DNA of 64,000 nt from an uncultured Acidobacteriota bacterium (GCA_963716925.1 CAVQUX010000015.1:308104-372103); one strand, 5' to 3'. Positions 1-12,075 are shown, numbered from the stretch's first letter. The notes: generated by a model from the sequence alone, not told the origin. Numbers and translations: made by a program.

Positions 1-276
1 CCGTTCGTGGTCCCGTAGGTCACCGCGACGCGGTCGCCCTTCTCCAGCTCGGCGAAGATCTTTCGCTCTCCCTCGACGAAGATCTGGCTCGCCGCGTCCA
101 CATGGAACTTCATTTCGGCGGGTTCGCCCTTCTCCGTGCCCTTGACGGTGAAAGTGTAGTCCTTGGTGTCGACGGCGACGATCTCGCCGTCATAGCGTTT
201 CTCCTGAGCCGCCGCGAGTCCGGCGACCAGCAACAGCAAAACCGTGAGCTCTGATACTCGGACCGCCAAACGATTC
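1..276 (-). CDS. small secreted tandem-repeat protein (5' end with start at 276; 3' end runs off the window); paralog of 35393..35974
   Basis: Reverse translation gives MNRLAVRVSELTVLLLLVAGLAAAQEKRYDGEIVAVDTKDYTFTVKGTEKGEPAEMKFHVDAASQIFVEGERKIFAELEKGDRVAVTYG, closely matching the 35393 gene product in signal peptide and repeat unit. Confidence 0.6.
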
Positions 277-808
277 ATTGTCGTTCTCCTTCTTTCTTGC
301 GCGAGCGCCAGCTCGTGCTTCCGATCGAAGGCTAGCGCGCGCGGCATTGCCGCTCGGTTGCCGCCGGGTTAAGGAAATTTCATCGAGGAAAAGCGGCAGG
401 TCGGCGCCAGGGCGGCTCTCCGAGCTTCTTCACGGTCGCGAGAGAGAACGAGCCTTATACGGTAGGTCCTTCACGCGCGCTTCGGGGATCGTCCCCTTTG
501 CCATCGGTGTTCGGCGTTCTCCTGCTTGATTCGTTGAGATACGCCGACCGCTTCTTGTTTCGAATAGAGATCATGGAGAAATCGTGCCCGCCGCTCCCAT
601 GAGATCGGGCATGCAACCGACTTAGCTTCTTCTCGGTATCGACCTCGTAGATGTCCGCCGCATCGCCACATCCCGGACGGGGCACCCGCCCCTCGGTGCG
701 TTCATCGACGATTCGCCAGATGTGTCGCGGTCCGTTCGACAACGTCGAGGTGGCGTGCAGTAGAATCGCCGCGAATTCAACGAGGACGGCGCATGGAGGC
801 GAGATCCT

Positions 809-1708
809 ATGGAGAACGTGTCGCGCTCATGGTGGGACCGGCTGCTGGGGATCATCCGCACGCTGTTCTGGATCGCGCTCGCGCTCGTGGTGCTGCAGCA
901 GCTGTACGGGCCATGGAGGACGGCGGCGACTCGCGCCGATCTGCTCGACCGCCTGCAGCAGGAACGCAAGTCCCGCGTCATCGCGATGATCCACCGGCAG
1001 GAAACGGTCAGCGTCTTCGGTCTACCCGTCTCCAGTTCAATCGGGATCGAGGACTCGGAAGCGGTTCTACGGGCCATCCGGCTCACCCCTCCCGATCAGC
1101 CGATCGATTTGATCCTGCATACTCCGGGCGGGCTGGTGCTCGCGGCCGAGCAAATCGCGCACGCGCTCGTTGAGCGTCCCGGCAAAGTGACGGTGATCGT
1201 GCCGCATTACGCAATGAGCGGTGGCACTCTGATCGCGCTCACCGCCGATGAGATCCTGATGGACCCGAATGCCGTGCTGGGCCCGGTGGACCCGCAGATC
1301 GGGGACATGGCGGCGGCATCGATCGTGAAGCTTCTGGAACTGAAGCCGACCGCCCAGATCAGTGATGAGATGCTGGTCCTGGCCGACGTGGCGCAGAAAG
1401 CTCGCGTGCAGGTGGCAACGTTCGTGGCCGAAGTGCTTCTGAAGCATCTTCCGAAAGATCGCGCCGTGGCGCTGGCCAAGGTGTTGAGTGAGGGGCGCTG
1501 GACCCATGACTTCCCGATCACCGTGGAAGCCGCGACGCAACTCGGGCTGCCCGTGTCGACCGACATGCCGCCGCTCATCTATGAATTGATGGATCTCTAT
1601 CCTTCATCGGGCGAGGGCCGTCCTTCGGTCATGTACGTGCCGCTGCGCCGCGCTGTGCCCGCCGGAGGCCCGCGGCAGGACGCCCCTTCCCCGTCGCGGA
1701 AGCGATGA
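809..1708 (+). CDS. membrane-anchored SDH-family (ClpP-fold) serine protease
   Basis: N-terminal TM helix; motifs LILHTPGG...VPHYAMSGGTLIALTADEILM...GPVDPQIG typical of the serine dehydrogenase proteinase family; intact 299 aa ORF. Confidence 0.65.
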   Translation: MENVSRSWWDRLLGIIRTLFWIALALVVLQQLYGPWRTAATRADLLDRLQQERKSRVIAMIHRQETVSVFGLPVSSSIGIEDSEAVLRAIRLTPPDQPIDLILHTPGGLVLAAEQIAHALVERPGKVTVIVPHYAMSGGTLIALTADEILMDPNAVLGPVDPQIGDMAAASIVKLLELKPTAQISDEMLVLADVAQKARVQVATFVAEVLLKHLPKDRAVALAKVLSEGRWTHDFPITVEAATQLGLPVSTDMPPLIYELMDLYPSSGEGRPSVMYVPLRRAVPAGGPRQDAPSPSRKR

Positions 1709-2502
1709 GTACCATGAGCACTGTGCTCTCACGCCGCCCGACCTTTCTCATCGTTCTTACGATTGGTTTTGCGTTGGCGCCGGACCGCCTTGTGCGTGCG
1801 CAGGCGACAGAGACGATCACCATCCGTGGGCAAACGCAATCTCTCCGCCTCTACGGGACGCGCGGCGGTCCTCCGGTGATCGTCTCCAGCGGCGACGGCG
1901 GTTGGATCCACCTCGGACCGCACGTCGCCCAGGCGCTCTCAGCCAAGGGATTCTTCGTGGTGGGCTTCGACGTCAAGGCGTATCTCGAGAGCTTCACCTC
2001 CGGGAAGGTCACTCTGAAGCCCGAAGACGAACCGGGCGACTACAAGGTGCTCGCCGATTTCGCCGCGCGCGGGAGTACGCAGAAGCCGATTCTGATTGGA
2101 GTTTCCGAAGGTGCGGCGCTGTCCGTCCTGGCGGCGACCGATCCCGAAACGAAAGAGTCGATCGCCGGGGTGCTCGGATTGGGTCTTCCCGAGGTGAATG
2201 AGCTGGGCTGGCGGTGGAAGGACTCGTTGATATACGTGACCCACGGCGTGCCGAACGAGCCGACGTTCAGCACCGTCGCGATCGTCGATCGGGTGGCTCC
2301 AACCCCGCTCGCCGCAATCCATTCAACCCAGGACGAGTTCGTTCCGCTGTCGCAGGTGCAAAAGATCCTCGACGCCGCCAAGGAGCCGAAGAAGCTCTGG
2401 ATCGTGAAGGCATCCGATCACCGGTTCAGCGACAACCTGGCGGAGTTCGATCGGCGGCTCCTCGAGGCGATTGCCTGGGTGACCGCGAACGTCGCGCGCT
2501 GA
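1705..2502 (+). CDS. VirJ/AcvB-family alpha/beta hydrolase (single domain), likely aminoacyl-phosphatidylglycerol hydrolase partner of MprF
   Basis: Signal peptide, SGDGGW motif, 265 aa; ATGA start/stop overlap with upstream gene; sits immediately upstream of mprF. Confidence 0.65.
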   Translation: MSTMSTVLSRRPTFLIVLTIGFALAPDRLVRAQATETITIRGQTQSLRLYGTRGGPPVIVSSGDGGWIHLGPHVAQALSAKGFFVVGFDVKAYLESFTSGKVTLKPEDEPGDYKVLADFAARGSTQKPILIGVSEGAALSVLAATDPETKESIAGVLGLGLPEVNELGWRWKDSLIYVTHGVPNEPTFSTVAIVDRVAPTPLAAIHSTQDEFVPLSQVQKILDAAKEPKKLWIVKASDHRFSDNLAEFDRRLLEAIAWVTANVAR

Positions 2503-2510
2503 GGTTCCCG

Positions 2511-5063
2511 ATGTCTGAGCGGCTGCGTCGCGGCGATCCCGGTCGCCGTCGGCCTCGCGCTGTTCCTCGCCGCCCTCGAGGTGCTTCGCGTCGAGCTGCG
2601 GGCGGTCAGTTGGCATGAGCTCACGGCGGACGTGATCCGCACGCCGCCTTCGCAGCTCGTGCTCGCCTTGCTGCTCACGGCCCTCAATTACGCGGCTCTC
2701 ACTGGCTACGACCTGCTGGCGTTCGCCTACATCGGCAAGACGCTTCCGCGCGCGCGTATCGCTCTCGCGTCGTTTCTGGCGTACGCGATTTCCAACAACG
2801 TCGGGTTCGCGATGTTGTCCGGCGCCTCCGTGCGGTATCGCTTCTATACGCGGTGGGGAGTCACGGCCGAGGAGCTCTCGCGGATCGTCTTCTCGTACTC
2901 GGTGACGTTCTGGCTGGGCCTGTTCGGGTTGGGTGGACTGAGCCTCGTCGTCAGTCCCTTGCCGAGCGTGCGCGGTCTGCCCGCGCAGCAGCTCCTGGCG
3001 CCGATCGGTTGGCTGCTCATGCTGGTGCCACCGGCCTATCTGCTGGCAACCGTGGTGCGACGGCGGCCGCTGCGCATCCGGAGCTTCGAGCTGCCGTTGC
3101 CCTCGCCACGGATCGCGGCGGGTCAAGCACTGGTTTCCGCCGTCGACTGGGCCTTGGCGGGGGCCGTGCTCTATGTGTTGTTGCCGCCGAGCGCGCTGTC
3201 CTTTCTGGAGTTCCTCGGCACGTTCCTGGTTGCGATTCTTCTCGGAATGGCCAGTCACGTGCCCGGCGGTATCGGCGTGTTCGAGGGACTGATGGTCCTG
3301 CTCCTCAAGCCGTACCTGACCTCGGGGCAATTACTCCCGGCGCTCGTCGTGTATCGCGCGGTCTACTACCTGCTGCCGCTTACCGTCGCAACCCTCGGCC
3401 TCGTCGCCGACGAAGTGCGGCAGCGCCGCGCCCACGTGGCGCGCATCAGCGCCGTCGTCGGTCAGCTGACGGAGCAGGTCACGCCGCGCGTGCTGGCAGC
3501 CTTCACGTTTCTCGCCGGGCTGGTGTTGCTGTTCTCGGGCGCAACGCCCGCAGCTGCCGGGCGTCTCGAGTCGCTCAATCGGATACTGCCCTCTGGAGTG
3601 ATCGAGGCGTCGCACTTCCTCAGCAGCGTGGCCGGTGCGGCGCTGCTGATTCTGTCGCAAGGGCTGGCGCGGCGCCTCGATGCCGCCTACTACCTCACGG
3701 CAACGACGATCGTCGCCGGGATGGCAGCATCTCTGCTGAAAGGATTCGATTACGAAGAGGCGGTGCTGCTACTGCTGGTCTTCCTGGTGTTGCGGCGGGC
3801 TCGGCCGGCCTTCGATCGCCGCGCGGCCTTTTTCGACACCCGCTTCTCCGCGGCGTGGATCGCGGCACTGGTCGGCGCGCTCGGAGCCTCCGTGTGGCTG
3901 GGCTTGTTCGCGTTCAAGCACGTAGACTACTCGCACGAGCTCTGGTGGCAGTTCGAGGTTCACGGTGAAGCCTCGCGATTTCTCCGAGCCTCGGTCGGTG
4001 CGGTCATCTTCCTGCTGTTGTTTGGATTTGCCCGCTTGATCGGATACGCGCCTCACGAAGCGCCCACCCCGGTCGACGCCGACCTAGAGGACGCCGGAAA
4101 GGCGATCGCCGCACAGACATCGACCTCCCCCTACCTGGTGTATCTCCGGGACAAAGCGCTGCTGTTCAACGACGATCGAACCGCGTTCGTCATGTATGGA
4201 GTCCAGGGTCGCACCTGGGTCGCGCTCGGCGATCCCGTTGGCCCGGACGATCGGCTCAGCGATCTCATTCGCCGCTTCCTCGAACGGTGCGATGATTTTG
4301 GCGGCGTTCCGATCTTTTACGAAGTCGGCAAGACTCACCTGCATCGGTATGCCGACTTCGGCCTGACGTTCGTGAAGCTGGGGGAGGAAGCGAAGGTGGA
4401 CTTGACGACGTTCACAGCTGGAGGGGAGCGAGGCGACCAAATACCGCCAGTCGATTCGTCGGTTGGAGAAAGAAGGGGGCTCCTTTCGCATCGTCGAGCC
4501 CGCTGCCGTTCCAGCGATCATGGACCAGCTCCGCGCGGTGTCCGATGACTGGCTGAGAGCCAAGGCGAGCGCGGAGAAGGGGTTCTCGCTCGGGTTCTTC
4601 GACGAGGCGTACGTCTCCCGGTTCCCCGTCGCCGTCATCGAGCGCGGCGGCCGAATTCAGGCCTTCGCGAACGTCTGGCCCGGGCCAAAGCAGGTGGAGC
4701 TCTCGATCGATCTGATGCGATATCGACCGCGACGCGCCCAAAGGCGTGATGGAGGCTCTTTTCGTCCACTTGATGAAATGGGGCCAGGAGCAGGGGTATC
4801 GCTGGTTCGCGATGGGCATGGCGCCCTTGTCCGGCTTCGAAGACTCGCCCGTAGCCTCGCTCTGGAATCGGCTCGGCGCCTTCCTGTACGAGCACGTCGA
4901 ATCCGTCTACAACTTCCAGGGACTGCGCGCCTACAAGGACAAGTTCAACCCGATCTGGGAGCCGCATTATCTGGCTTATCCGGGTGGCCTTCGCCTGCCG
5001 CGCATCATGGCAGACGTCTCCGCGCTCGTGGCGGGAGGCTATCTGAAGGTCTTTCGAAAGTGA
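2511..5063 (+). CDS. mprF: phosphatidylglycerol lysyltransferase MprF (flippase plus synthase domains), read through about 3 frameshifts
   Basis: MSERLRRG start in one frame, then IPVAVGLALFLAALEVLRVELRAVSWHEL...GGIGVFEG in the next; C-terminal synthase domain split across ORFs 2581-4548, 4463-5134 and 4746-5063 (EKEGGSFRIVEP..., YRWFAMGMAPLSGFE...). Confidence 0.7.
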
Positions 5064-5077
5064 AGTCCGCTTTCGTC

Positions 5078-5506
5078 TCAGACCGTTCTTGGCGGCGGTG
5101 GCATCAACGGACCGCTTCTTGTTCCACAAGGTGATGTGGACAGGAGGCCCTCCCCTTCGCGACGCGCCTTGACGAAGAAGATAGCCGTGGCAACCAGGTT
5201 GTGTCCCTCCGTGCGAAAGCGAACCTGGACCGTGGCACCGACGCCGATCGTGCCCTCGCGCTCCGTGGAACGGCTCAGAACGAACGTCATCTCGCCTGGA
5301 GTCTTGCCGACCCGAGTGATGACGAGCCTGGTCGCATCGACGGACTTCACGACTCCGCTCACCGCGTGGTCGGGCACGGGTTTCTTCGGCGGGGAAGATT
5401 CTGCCGTTGTGTTGGGCGAATCCGCCTGGCCGGCTGCCGCGCCGCCTGCCAGGGGAACCGCCGAAAGTGCCCCGACGAGAAGAGCCGTCGTAATTCCCGT
5501 TACCAT
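5078..5506 (-). CDS. hypothetical secreted protein, single beta-rich repeat related to the 35393/1-276 family
   Basis: MVTGITTALLVGALSAVPLAGGAAAGQA signal peptide, then VSGVVKSVDATRLVITRVGKTPGEMTFVL...GATVQVRF repeat pattern; alternative upstream ATG at 5571. Confidence 0.4.
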   Translation of the reverse strand: MVTGITTALLVGALSAVPLAGGAAAGQADSPNTTAESSPPKKPVPDHAVSGVVKSVDATRLVITRVGKTPGEMTFVLSRSTEREGTIGVGATVQVRFRTEGHNLVATAIFFVKARREGEGLLSTSPCGTRSGPLMPPPPRTV

Positions 5507-5703
5507 CTGAAGCACCCAGCTCTCGGCCTCTTGCCGACTCCGACCAAGTCCCTTTCGCCCCCCGAATGCCATCTCACGAGTCCTGGCGGAAAGGTCTGAT
5601 TGCGGAGGCCTATTCCCCTCATCTACCGCTATTTGACTCGCCCCAGATGAGGGACACCTGATCCTCAGATGAACTCTTGTTAAGGTTCGTGGGCAACCAC
5701 GGC

Positions 5704-7130
5704 CGCGGTAGCCGACAGCCAGCACCCGCCGTCCGTCGGCGCTCAGCTGGTTGCACACCGCGGCGGAGGCTTCCCTCGCGGTCGCATCGAGCGCGGTGAC
5801 CCGTCCGTCGATCTCCTGGGCATCGCAGATCGCGAGCAGGGACTCCGGCGCGCCCTTGGCGATCAGCAGGCGCTGCCGCGGGTCGTCCGGCGTGGACACT
5901 ACCACAGACAAACGGCGACGTTCGAAGTCGAACGGGATTTCGTCTATCTTCGCACAAGCCGAAGCATCGGCCGACGCCGTTTTGAAGAATCGCCGCGTCC
6001 AACGGACTGCGAATGCCCGTCTGAAAACGGCTGTTGAGTGAAGCCAGCGCCAGAGGTCGCGGCGATACCTCACCCGCCGGACCCAGCGAGCGATCGAGGT
6101 GCATCACCCCGGTCGTGAGCGTTCCCGTCTTGTCGGTGCACAGGACGTCGATGCTGCCAAGGTTCTGAATCGCGGGAAGGTGTTTGACGATGACCTTGTC
6201 TCGAGCCATCCGCAGGGCGCCCTGGGTGAGCGTGACCGTTGCGATCATCGGGAGGAACTCCGGTGTCAGCCCGACCCCCAGCGCCACGGCAAAGAGCAGC
6301 GATTCGAGCGCATCGTGCTTGACGACGATGCCCATCAGCAGGATGAAGAGCACCAGCGCGGTGGTCGTTCGCAGAATCAGGAGGCTGAAGCGCCGCAAGC
6401 CGCTTTCGAACTCGGTCTCGGGCACACGGCTGCCCAGTCTCGTGGCGATGTCTCCGAACAGCGTCCTGGGCCCGGTCGCCGTCACGATCGCCGTCGCCGT
6501 TCCGCTGACGACCGACGTACCGAGGAAGACGAGGCCCGGCGCCTCGGGCCCCGTCGTTCGCCGGGTCTCGTCGGCGCTCGCCATCTTGTCCGCCGGCAGC
6601 GATTCGCCCGTCAGCATGGATTGCTGAACCGAGAGATCGCGCGAGTCCAGCAGGCGCGCATCCGCGGGCACGAGATCCCCGGCCGACAGGCGGACTACGT
6701 CTTCAGGGACGAGCTGCCGCAGCGGGACCTCCTGCCAGGTTCCGTCGCGGAGCACGATCGCCGTTGGCGCCACCGTCGCCCGGAGTCGTTCGGCCGCCCG
6801 CTGCGAACGATACGACTGCCAGAAATTGACGCTCACGCTCACCAGGATAATCGTGACGATGATCCCCGCATCGACGTCCTCGCCGAGCCAAGTTGAAACC
6901 GCACTCGCCACGAGCAAGATCAAGACGAGAGGGTTGGCGAACAGGCGACCGATCTCGACCACCGCCGAGAAGCGCCGCGTCGGGGCCGGCTCATTCGGAC
7001 CGTACTCATCGAGGCGGCGTGCGGCCTCGAGGCTCGTCAAGCCGGACGAACGCGGACGCGACTCGGGGTCGCCCGTCCGTTCGCTCAACGGCGCACGTCC
7101 TGGGCGGAGGGCAACTGCGACGCGTCCCAT
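5704..7130 (-). pseudogene. P-type ATPase (MgtA-like) N-terminal two-thirds, frameshifted near 6030 and truncated after the N-domain
   Basis: GLTSLEAARRLDEYGPNEP, TGES, DKTGTLT, then KIDEIPFDFERRRLSVVV...RVLAVGYR in a second frame; no P-domain C-terminus or TM5-10; reading frame runs on into the 5078-5506 ORF. Confidence 0.55.
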
Positions 7131-8536
7131 CCGCCGCCGAGGGCCTGGATCAAGGACACGCTCGCGACCAGGCGTCTGGTGAGGATGTCGACTGCCGCCC
7201 GTTGATTCTGCAGCAAGCTGGTCTGCGAGGTGATGACTTGCAGGTAGTTCGCGAGTCCCCCCGATATTGGATCGTCGAGATGTCAAGCGACTGCTGCGCG
7301 GCTGCGACCGCCCGGTCGACGATCTCTGCCTCGTGGGAGAGGATGCGCAACTCCGCCAGAGCTGTCCTCCACCTGTTGGAATGCCGTCAGTACGGTCTGA
7401 CGGTAATTCGCCACGGTGGCGTCGTAGGCGGCTTCGGTCAGCCTGACTTGAGCGCGGCGCTTGCCCGCGTCGAAGAGCGTCTCGGCCAACTGTACTCCCA
7501 CCGACCAGAGGCGGGTCGGCACCGTGAGCAGGTCGACGATGGCCGCGGCCTGCGAGCCCACGCTGCCGCCGAAGCTCAGGGCGGGGTAGAACGCCGACTT
7601 GGCGACGCCGATCTGTTCGTTCGCTGCCGCGACCTGCCGCTCGGCGGCGGCGACGTCGGGCCGTCGTTCGAGAAGCGTGGAAGGAAGGCCGACGACGACT
7701 GGCGGCGGCGGCGACTGAGTCGGCGCCGCAGGCATCGACAACGCGGACGGTGGCTGTCCGATCAGCACGGCTATGGCGTGCTCGAATTGGGCCCGCGGAA
7801 TGCCCAGGTCGGCCAACTGCGCGCGGGCGGTTTCCAACTGCGTTTGCGCCAGGGCCACGTCGGCCATCGACGCGACACCGCCTTCGTATCGGTCCTTGGT
7901 CAGCTGCACGTACCGTTCGTACGACTGTACGGTGGCCTCGAGCAACCGCCGCTCGGCGTCGAGTCCCTGAATCTGGAAATAGTCGGCGGCGAGTTCCGCC
8001 TGGTACAACAACCGGGCATTCTCCAGGTCCGCGGCGGACGCCTGCGCGACCGCTGAATTTGCCGCGACGCTGCGTCGGATGCTCCCCCAGACGTCCGCTT
8101 GATAGGTCACGTCAATCGGGATGTCGTACAGGCGCACGCCGGACACGGCACCGGTTCCGGAAGCCGTGGCGGACGGGGTCGCGGTCACGGTGGGGAACTG
8201 ACCCGCCCGGGTGACGCGCACGGCCGCCTTGGCCGCGCGGAACTGCGCCTCGGCGGCCAAAACGTTCTGGTTCGAGATGCTCACCTGGTCTTCGAGCGCG
8301 TCGAGCCGCGGGTCGTTGTACGGGCTCCACCACTTGCCGCGGGGTGCGCCGTCGTTGGGCTGCGCTTCCTTCCAGCCGGCGGGCAGCAGCTTCCCCGAAC
8401 GCCGGCGGGGCCGGCACGTCAGGACGCTGGTACTTCGGACCGATCAGCGCAGGCGTTCGAACGAGCAGCACGCCGAGCCGCGCGAAGCGGGGAGCACGGT
8501 CATAGCGATCCGGTCGATCGGACCGCGTTCATTCAT
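7085..8536 (-). CDS. outer-membrane efflux protein (OMF/TolC/NodT family), at least 3 frameshifts
   Basis: [12 protein letters not shown]...[16 protein letters not shown]...[14 protein letters not shown]...LGGGWDASQ assembled from 4 frames; a 6-G run at about 7245 would restore the frame with 7 Gs. Confidence 0.7.
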
Positions 8537-9766
8537 ACCGCAGCGCCTCGATCGGATCCAGGAACGCCGCCTTGCGCGCCGGGTAGTAGCCAAAGAACAC
8601 GCCCACCAGCGCCGAGAAGAGAAACGACGTCAGGATCGACAGCGCGCTGACCTCGGTGGACCATTGCGCGAAGTGCGAGATCGAGCACCGACGCCGTCAG
8701 CCCGACCACGATCCCGATGATTCCACCGAGCAGGGAGAGCGTCACGGCTTCCACCAGGAACTGCGAGAGGATGTCGCGGCGTCTTGGCGCCGACGGCCAG
8801 CCGCAGGCCGATCTCGCGCGTGCGTTCGGTCACCGAGACCAGCATGATGTTCATGATCCCGATGCCGCCGACGATCAGCGACACCGACGCGATCGCGCCC
8901 AGCAGAATCGACATCACTTGCGCCGAGGTTTCCTGGGCGGCGAACACCTCGGTGAGATTGCGGATCGTGAAGTCGTCCTCCAGACCCGGCAGGATCCGGT
9001 GCCGCTCGCGCAGCAGCGCCTCCATCTCCTGGATCGCCTGGTCCATGGCCTGCGGGCTCATGGCCTGCACCATCAGCGAGCCGACCGCCTTGGCGTTGGC
9101 CTTGTTGGCGCCGAGGACCTTCTGCTTGGCCGTGGAGATCGGCAGCAGGATGACGTCGTCCTGGTCCTGACCCGTCGGTGACTGGCCCTTCGGCGTCAGC
9201 ACGCCCGCGACGGTGAACGGCACGTTCTTGATGATGACGACCTGACCGGTGGGATCGCTGTCGCCGAACAGATTCGTCGCGACGGTTTCACCCAGCACGG
9301 CGGTTTTGGCGGCGGCATCCACGTCCTGCGTCGTGAAGAACTGGCCGGACAACATCGTGTAGTCGCGGATCGTCATGTAGTCCGGAGTCACTCCCTGGAC
9401 GGTCGTGGCCCAGTTGTTGTTGCCGTACACCACCTGCACGCCGCCGCGCACGGTAGGGGCGACGAGCGCGACGGACGGGCACTCGGCCGCGATGGCCTTC
9501 GCGTCGTCTTCCGTCAACGTGGCGACGCCGCCGGAGCCGAGCCGGACGCCGTTGCTGCTGATGCTGCCCGGCAGCACGATGATCAGGTTGCTGCCGATGC
9601 TCTGAATCTGCTCCTGGATCCGCGCGGTCGCGCCGTCGCCCACACCCACCATGGCGATCACCGCCGCGACGCCGATGATGATACCGAGCATCGTGAGCGC
9701 CGAGCGCGTGCGGTTCACCTCCAGCGCGCGCAACGCGATCTTCACGCTGGTGAGGAGCTTCTTCAT
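8529..9766 (-). CDS. MacB/FtsX-type ABC transporter permease (separate from the ATPase), at least 2 frameshifts near the C-terminus
   Basis: [15 protein letters not shown]...[10 protein letters not shown]..., then [18 protein letters not shown], then [19 protein letters not shown] in three frames; ATGA overlap with upstream ATPase stop. Confidence 0.75.
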
Positions 9767-10523
9767 GCCGACACCACCTCGTCCGCCGGATCGGCGGGAA
9801 GCTGCTCCAGCTCCTTCCGGGCATCGCGCGGCTGCTCGATCCGCTCGTCCCGCCGCAGTCTGCCATCTTTGAAGTGCAGCGTCCGGTTCGCGTAGCTCGC
9901 GATGTCGGGATCGTGCGTGACGACGATCAGGGTGATCCCCTCGTCGCGGTTCAGACGCTGGAAGATCGCCATGATCTCGACGCCGGTCCTCGAGTCCAGC
10001 GCTCCGGTGGGCTCGTCCGCCAGGATGATCCGGGGATCGTTCACCAGTGACCGCGCGATGGCCACGCGCTGCTGCTGGCCGCCGGAAAGCTGGCTCGGTT
10101 GATGCTCTTCGCGTCCGGCGAGCCCCACCGCGAGCAGCGCCTTCCGCGCCCGCTCCCGGCGCTCGGGCGCGGACGCGTCGGTATACATCAGCGGCAGTTC
10201 GACGTTCTCCGCGGCGCTGGTCCGCGCCAGCAGGTTGAACTGCTGGAAGACGAACCCGATCTTCTTGTTGCGGATCTCCGCCAGCTGGTCGCGATCGAGC
10301 GCTCCGACGCTGATGCCGTCCAGCATGTAACTCCCGGACGTCGGCTTGTCGAGGCACCCGAGAATGTTCATGAGGGTCGATTTACCGGATCCCGACGGAC
10401 CCATGATCGAGACGAACTCCCCGCGCTCGATCTCGAACGAGATGCCCTTGAGCACGTGTACCGGCACGTCCCCCAGCGTGGAAGTCCTTGACCAGATCCT
10501 TGACTTCGATGATCGACTGCCAT
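9763..10523 (-). CDS. ABC transporter ATP-binding protein (MacB/LolD-like), 1 frameshift at the N-terminus
   Basis: Walker [25 protein letters not shown], Walker [12 protein letters not shown]; N-terminal [15 protein letters not shown] is out of frame with [10 protein letters not shown] at a CCCCC run near 10475. Confidence 0.8.
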
Positions 10524-10528
10524 GACGC

Positions 10529-11905
10529 TCAGAATCCCGGTCCTCTGCGCCCGCCTGCGGGAGCCGGGACTACCGCCCGACTCGGGGGCTGCCTTCGCCA
10601 GCGCCGCGACGATCACGCGGTCGCCGTCCTTCAGGCCGCCCATCGGTCACCTCCGTGAAGGTGCCGTCGGTCTCGCCGGTACTGACCACGACACGGTGCG
10701 GCCTGTCGTTCACGTCCAGGATCCAGACAGCCTTTTCCGGTGCGGCGCCCTTCTCGACGCTGGCTGCTTCCGTTCGGGGCTCGGGGTGATAACGAAGGGC
10801 GGCGTTGGGGATCTTCAGCACATTCGGCCGCTGATTCACGAGAATCTTCACGTTCGCCGTCATGCCGGGAAACAGCTTCAGCTCCGTATTCGACACGCCA
10901 ATCACGGCGTCGTAGGTGATCACGTTCTGCACGTTGATGGGGGCCTTGCGGATCGGAGGTCACGGTGCCGGTGAAAGTCTGCCCTGGATAGGCATCCACG
11001 GTGAACGTGGCAGACTGGTTCACTCGCACGCGTCCCACGTCCGCTTCCGACACGTTCGTGTCCACCTGCATCTTCGTCAGGTCCTGCGCGATCAAAAACA
11101 ACGTGGGAGCCGCCAGGCTGGCAGCAACCGTCTGCCCGACATCCACGTTCCGTGACACCACGATGCCGTCCACCGGCGCCTTGATGTTCGTGTGATCCAG
11201 GTCGATCTGGGCCGACTGCAATGCCGCGGTGAACTGCTTCACCTGCGCCTGGTTGGAAGTCATCAGCGATTTCGCCACGTTCAATTGAGCCTGCGCCACC
11301 TTCACGCTGTCTTCCATCGCAGTCTGCTGCGCCATGAGGGCGTCGAGATCGGCCACCGCCGACTTGTACGTCGTCTGGGCGGTTTCGAGATCCTCTTTGG
11401 AGTCCGCGTCCTGACTGACCATGATCACGCGCCGATCGACCTTGACCTTGGCGTCCTCGGCGATAGCCTGTGCTTTCACGACATTCGCTTTGGCAGCGGC
11501 GAGCGAAGAGTTGGCGGCCTGAATGCCCGCCAGCGCCTGCTGAACCACGGCCTGGCTGTTGGCGACGGCGGCTCGGGCGGCGGCGACGTTCGCCTGTGCC
11601 TGATTCACCCTCGTCTGGAAGGGGGCCGGATCGATCTGGGCGATCAGCTCTCCCTTGGTTACCTTGGTGTTGAAGTCGGCGAACAACGCCAGAATATTGC
11701 CTGACACCTGCGAGCCCACTTGCACGGTGACGACCGCGTTGGGGTTCCCGGTGGCCGAGATGGTGACGTTGATGTCGCCGTGTTCGATCGTCGCCGTTCG
11801 GTATCGAACGCCGGACCGACTGCCGAGCCAGGCCCACGTCAGCAGCCCGGCAATCGCGCACGTGATGGCGCCAGCCAGGACAACCGTCTTCCTCTGCATA
11901 CTCAT
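10529..11905 (-). CDS. HlyD/MacA-family membrane fusion protein, 2 frameshifts
   Basis: TM anchor, long coiled-coil ([10 protein letters not shown]...), barrel/MP domain continues in ORFs 10570-10932 and 10368-10643 ([10 protein letters not shown]..., LKDGDRVIV). Confidence 0.7.
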
Positions 11906-12075
11906 CGGTTACTCAAGGGATGCCGCCGGGGCACCGCCGCCATGGCCCGTTCGTCGGAATTCATCACGTCGTCAGCTCCATTTGTATTAGACCCGAAGAG
12001 CCTGAGCGGGACATGAGGCGCGAATTAATTCCGTTTAATCCGCCCCCGCGATCGCGCGCCCATGAGTGGACACGC
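11906..12075. repeat. about 170-bp intergenic cassette, copy 1 of 2 (second copy 14326-14520, roughly 85% identical by eye)
   Basis: Shared strings TCGGTTACTCAAGGGATGCCGCC, CCCGTTCGTCGGAAT, TTGTATTAGACCCGAAG, CCTGAGCGGGACATGAGGCGCGAATTAA, TTAATCCGCCCCCGCGATCGC; abuts the start codon of the membrane fusion protein gene. Confidence 0.7.
12024..12040. promoter_or_regulatory. ATTAA-N6-TTAATC dyad motif (site 1 of 7)
   Basis: AT-rich inverted repeat in GC-rich DNA; identical 11-bp half-site spacing at all 7 sites. Confidence 0.45.

Noticed and set aside
2323-3330. Long antisense ORFs (e.g. 2323-3330 minus, 2853-3968 plus, 49294-51894 plus N-terminal part, 45525-47225 plus) with Arg/Gly/Pro-rich translations
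   Set aside because: These are typical spurious ORFs on the non-coding strand or frame of high-GC genes. They have no motifs and overlap genes with strong family signatures.
8630-10357. 575-aa ORF with a 197-aa Arg-rich N-terminal extension on the ABC permease
   Set aside because: The extension is the antisense or wrong-frame reading of the ATPase gene. The permease starts at MKKLL (9766), overlapping the ATPase stop.
10523-10531. Fusion of the membrane fusion protein and ABC ATPase reading frames (no stop in the fusion-protein frame before the ATPase ATG)
   Set aside because: A TGA lies in the +1 frame 5 nt upstream of the ATPase ATG. With the local indel pattern, separate genes are more plausible than a genuine fusion protein.
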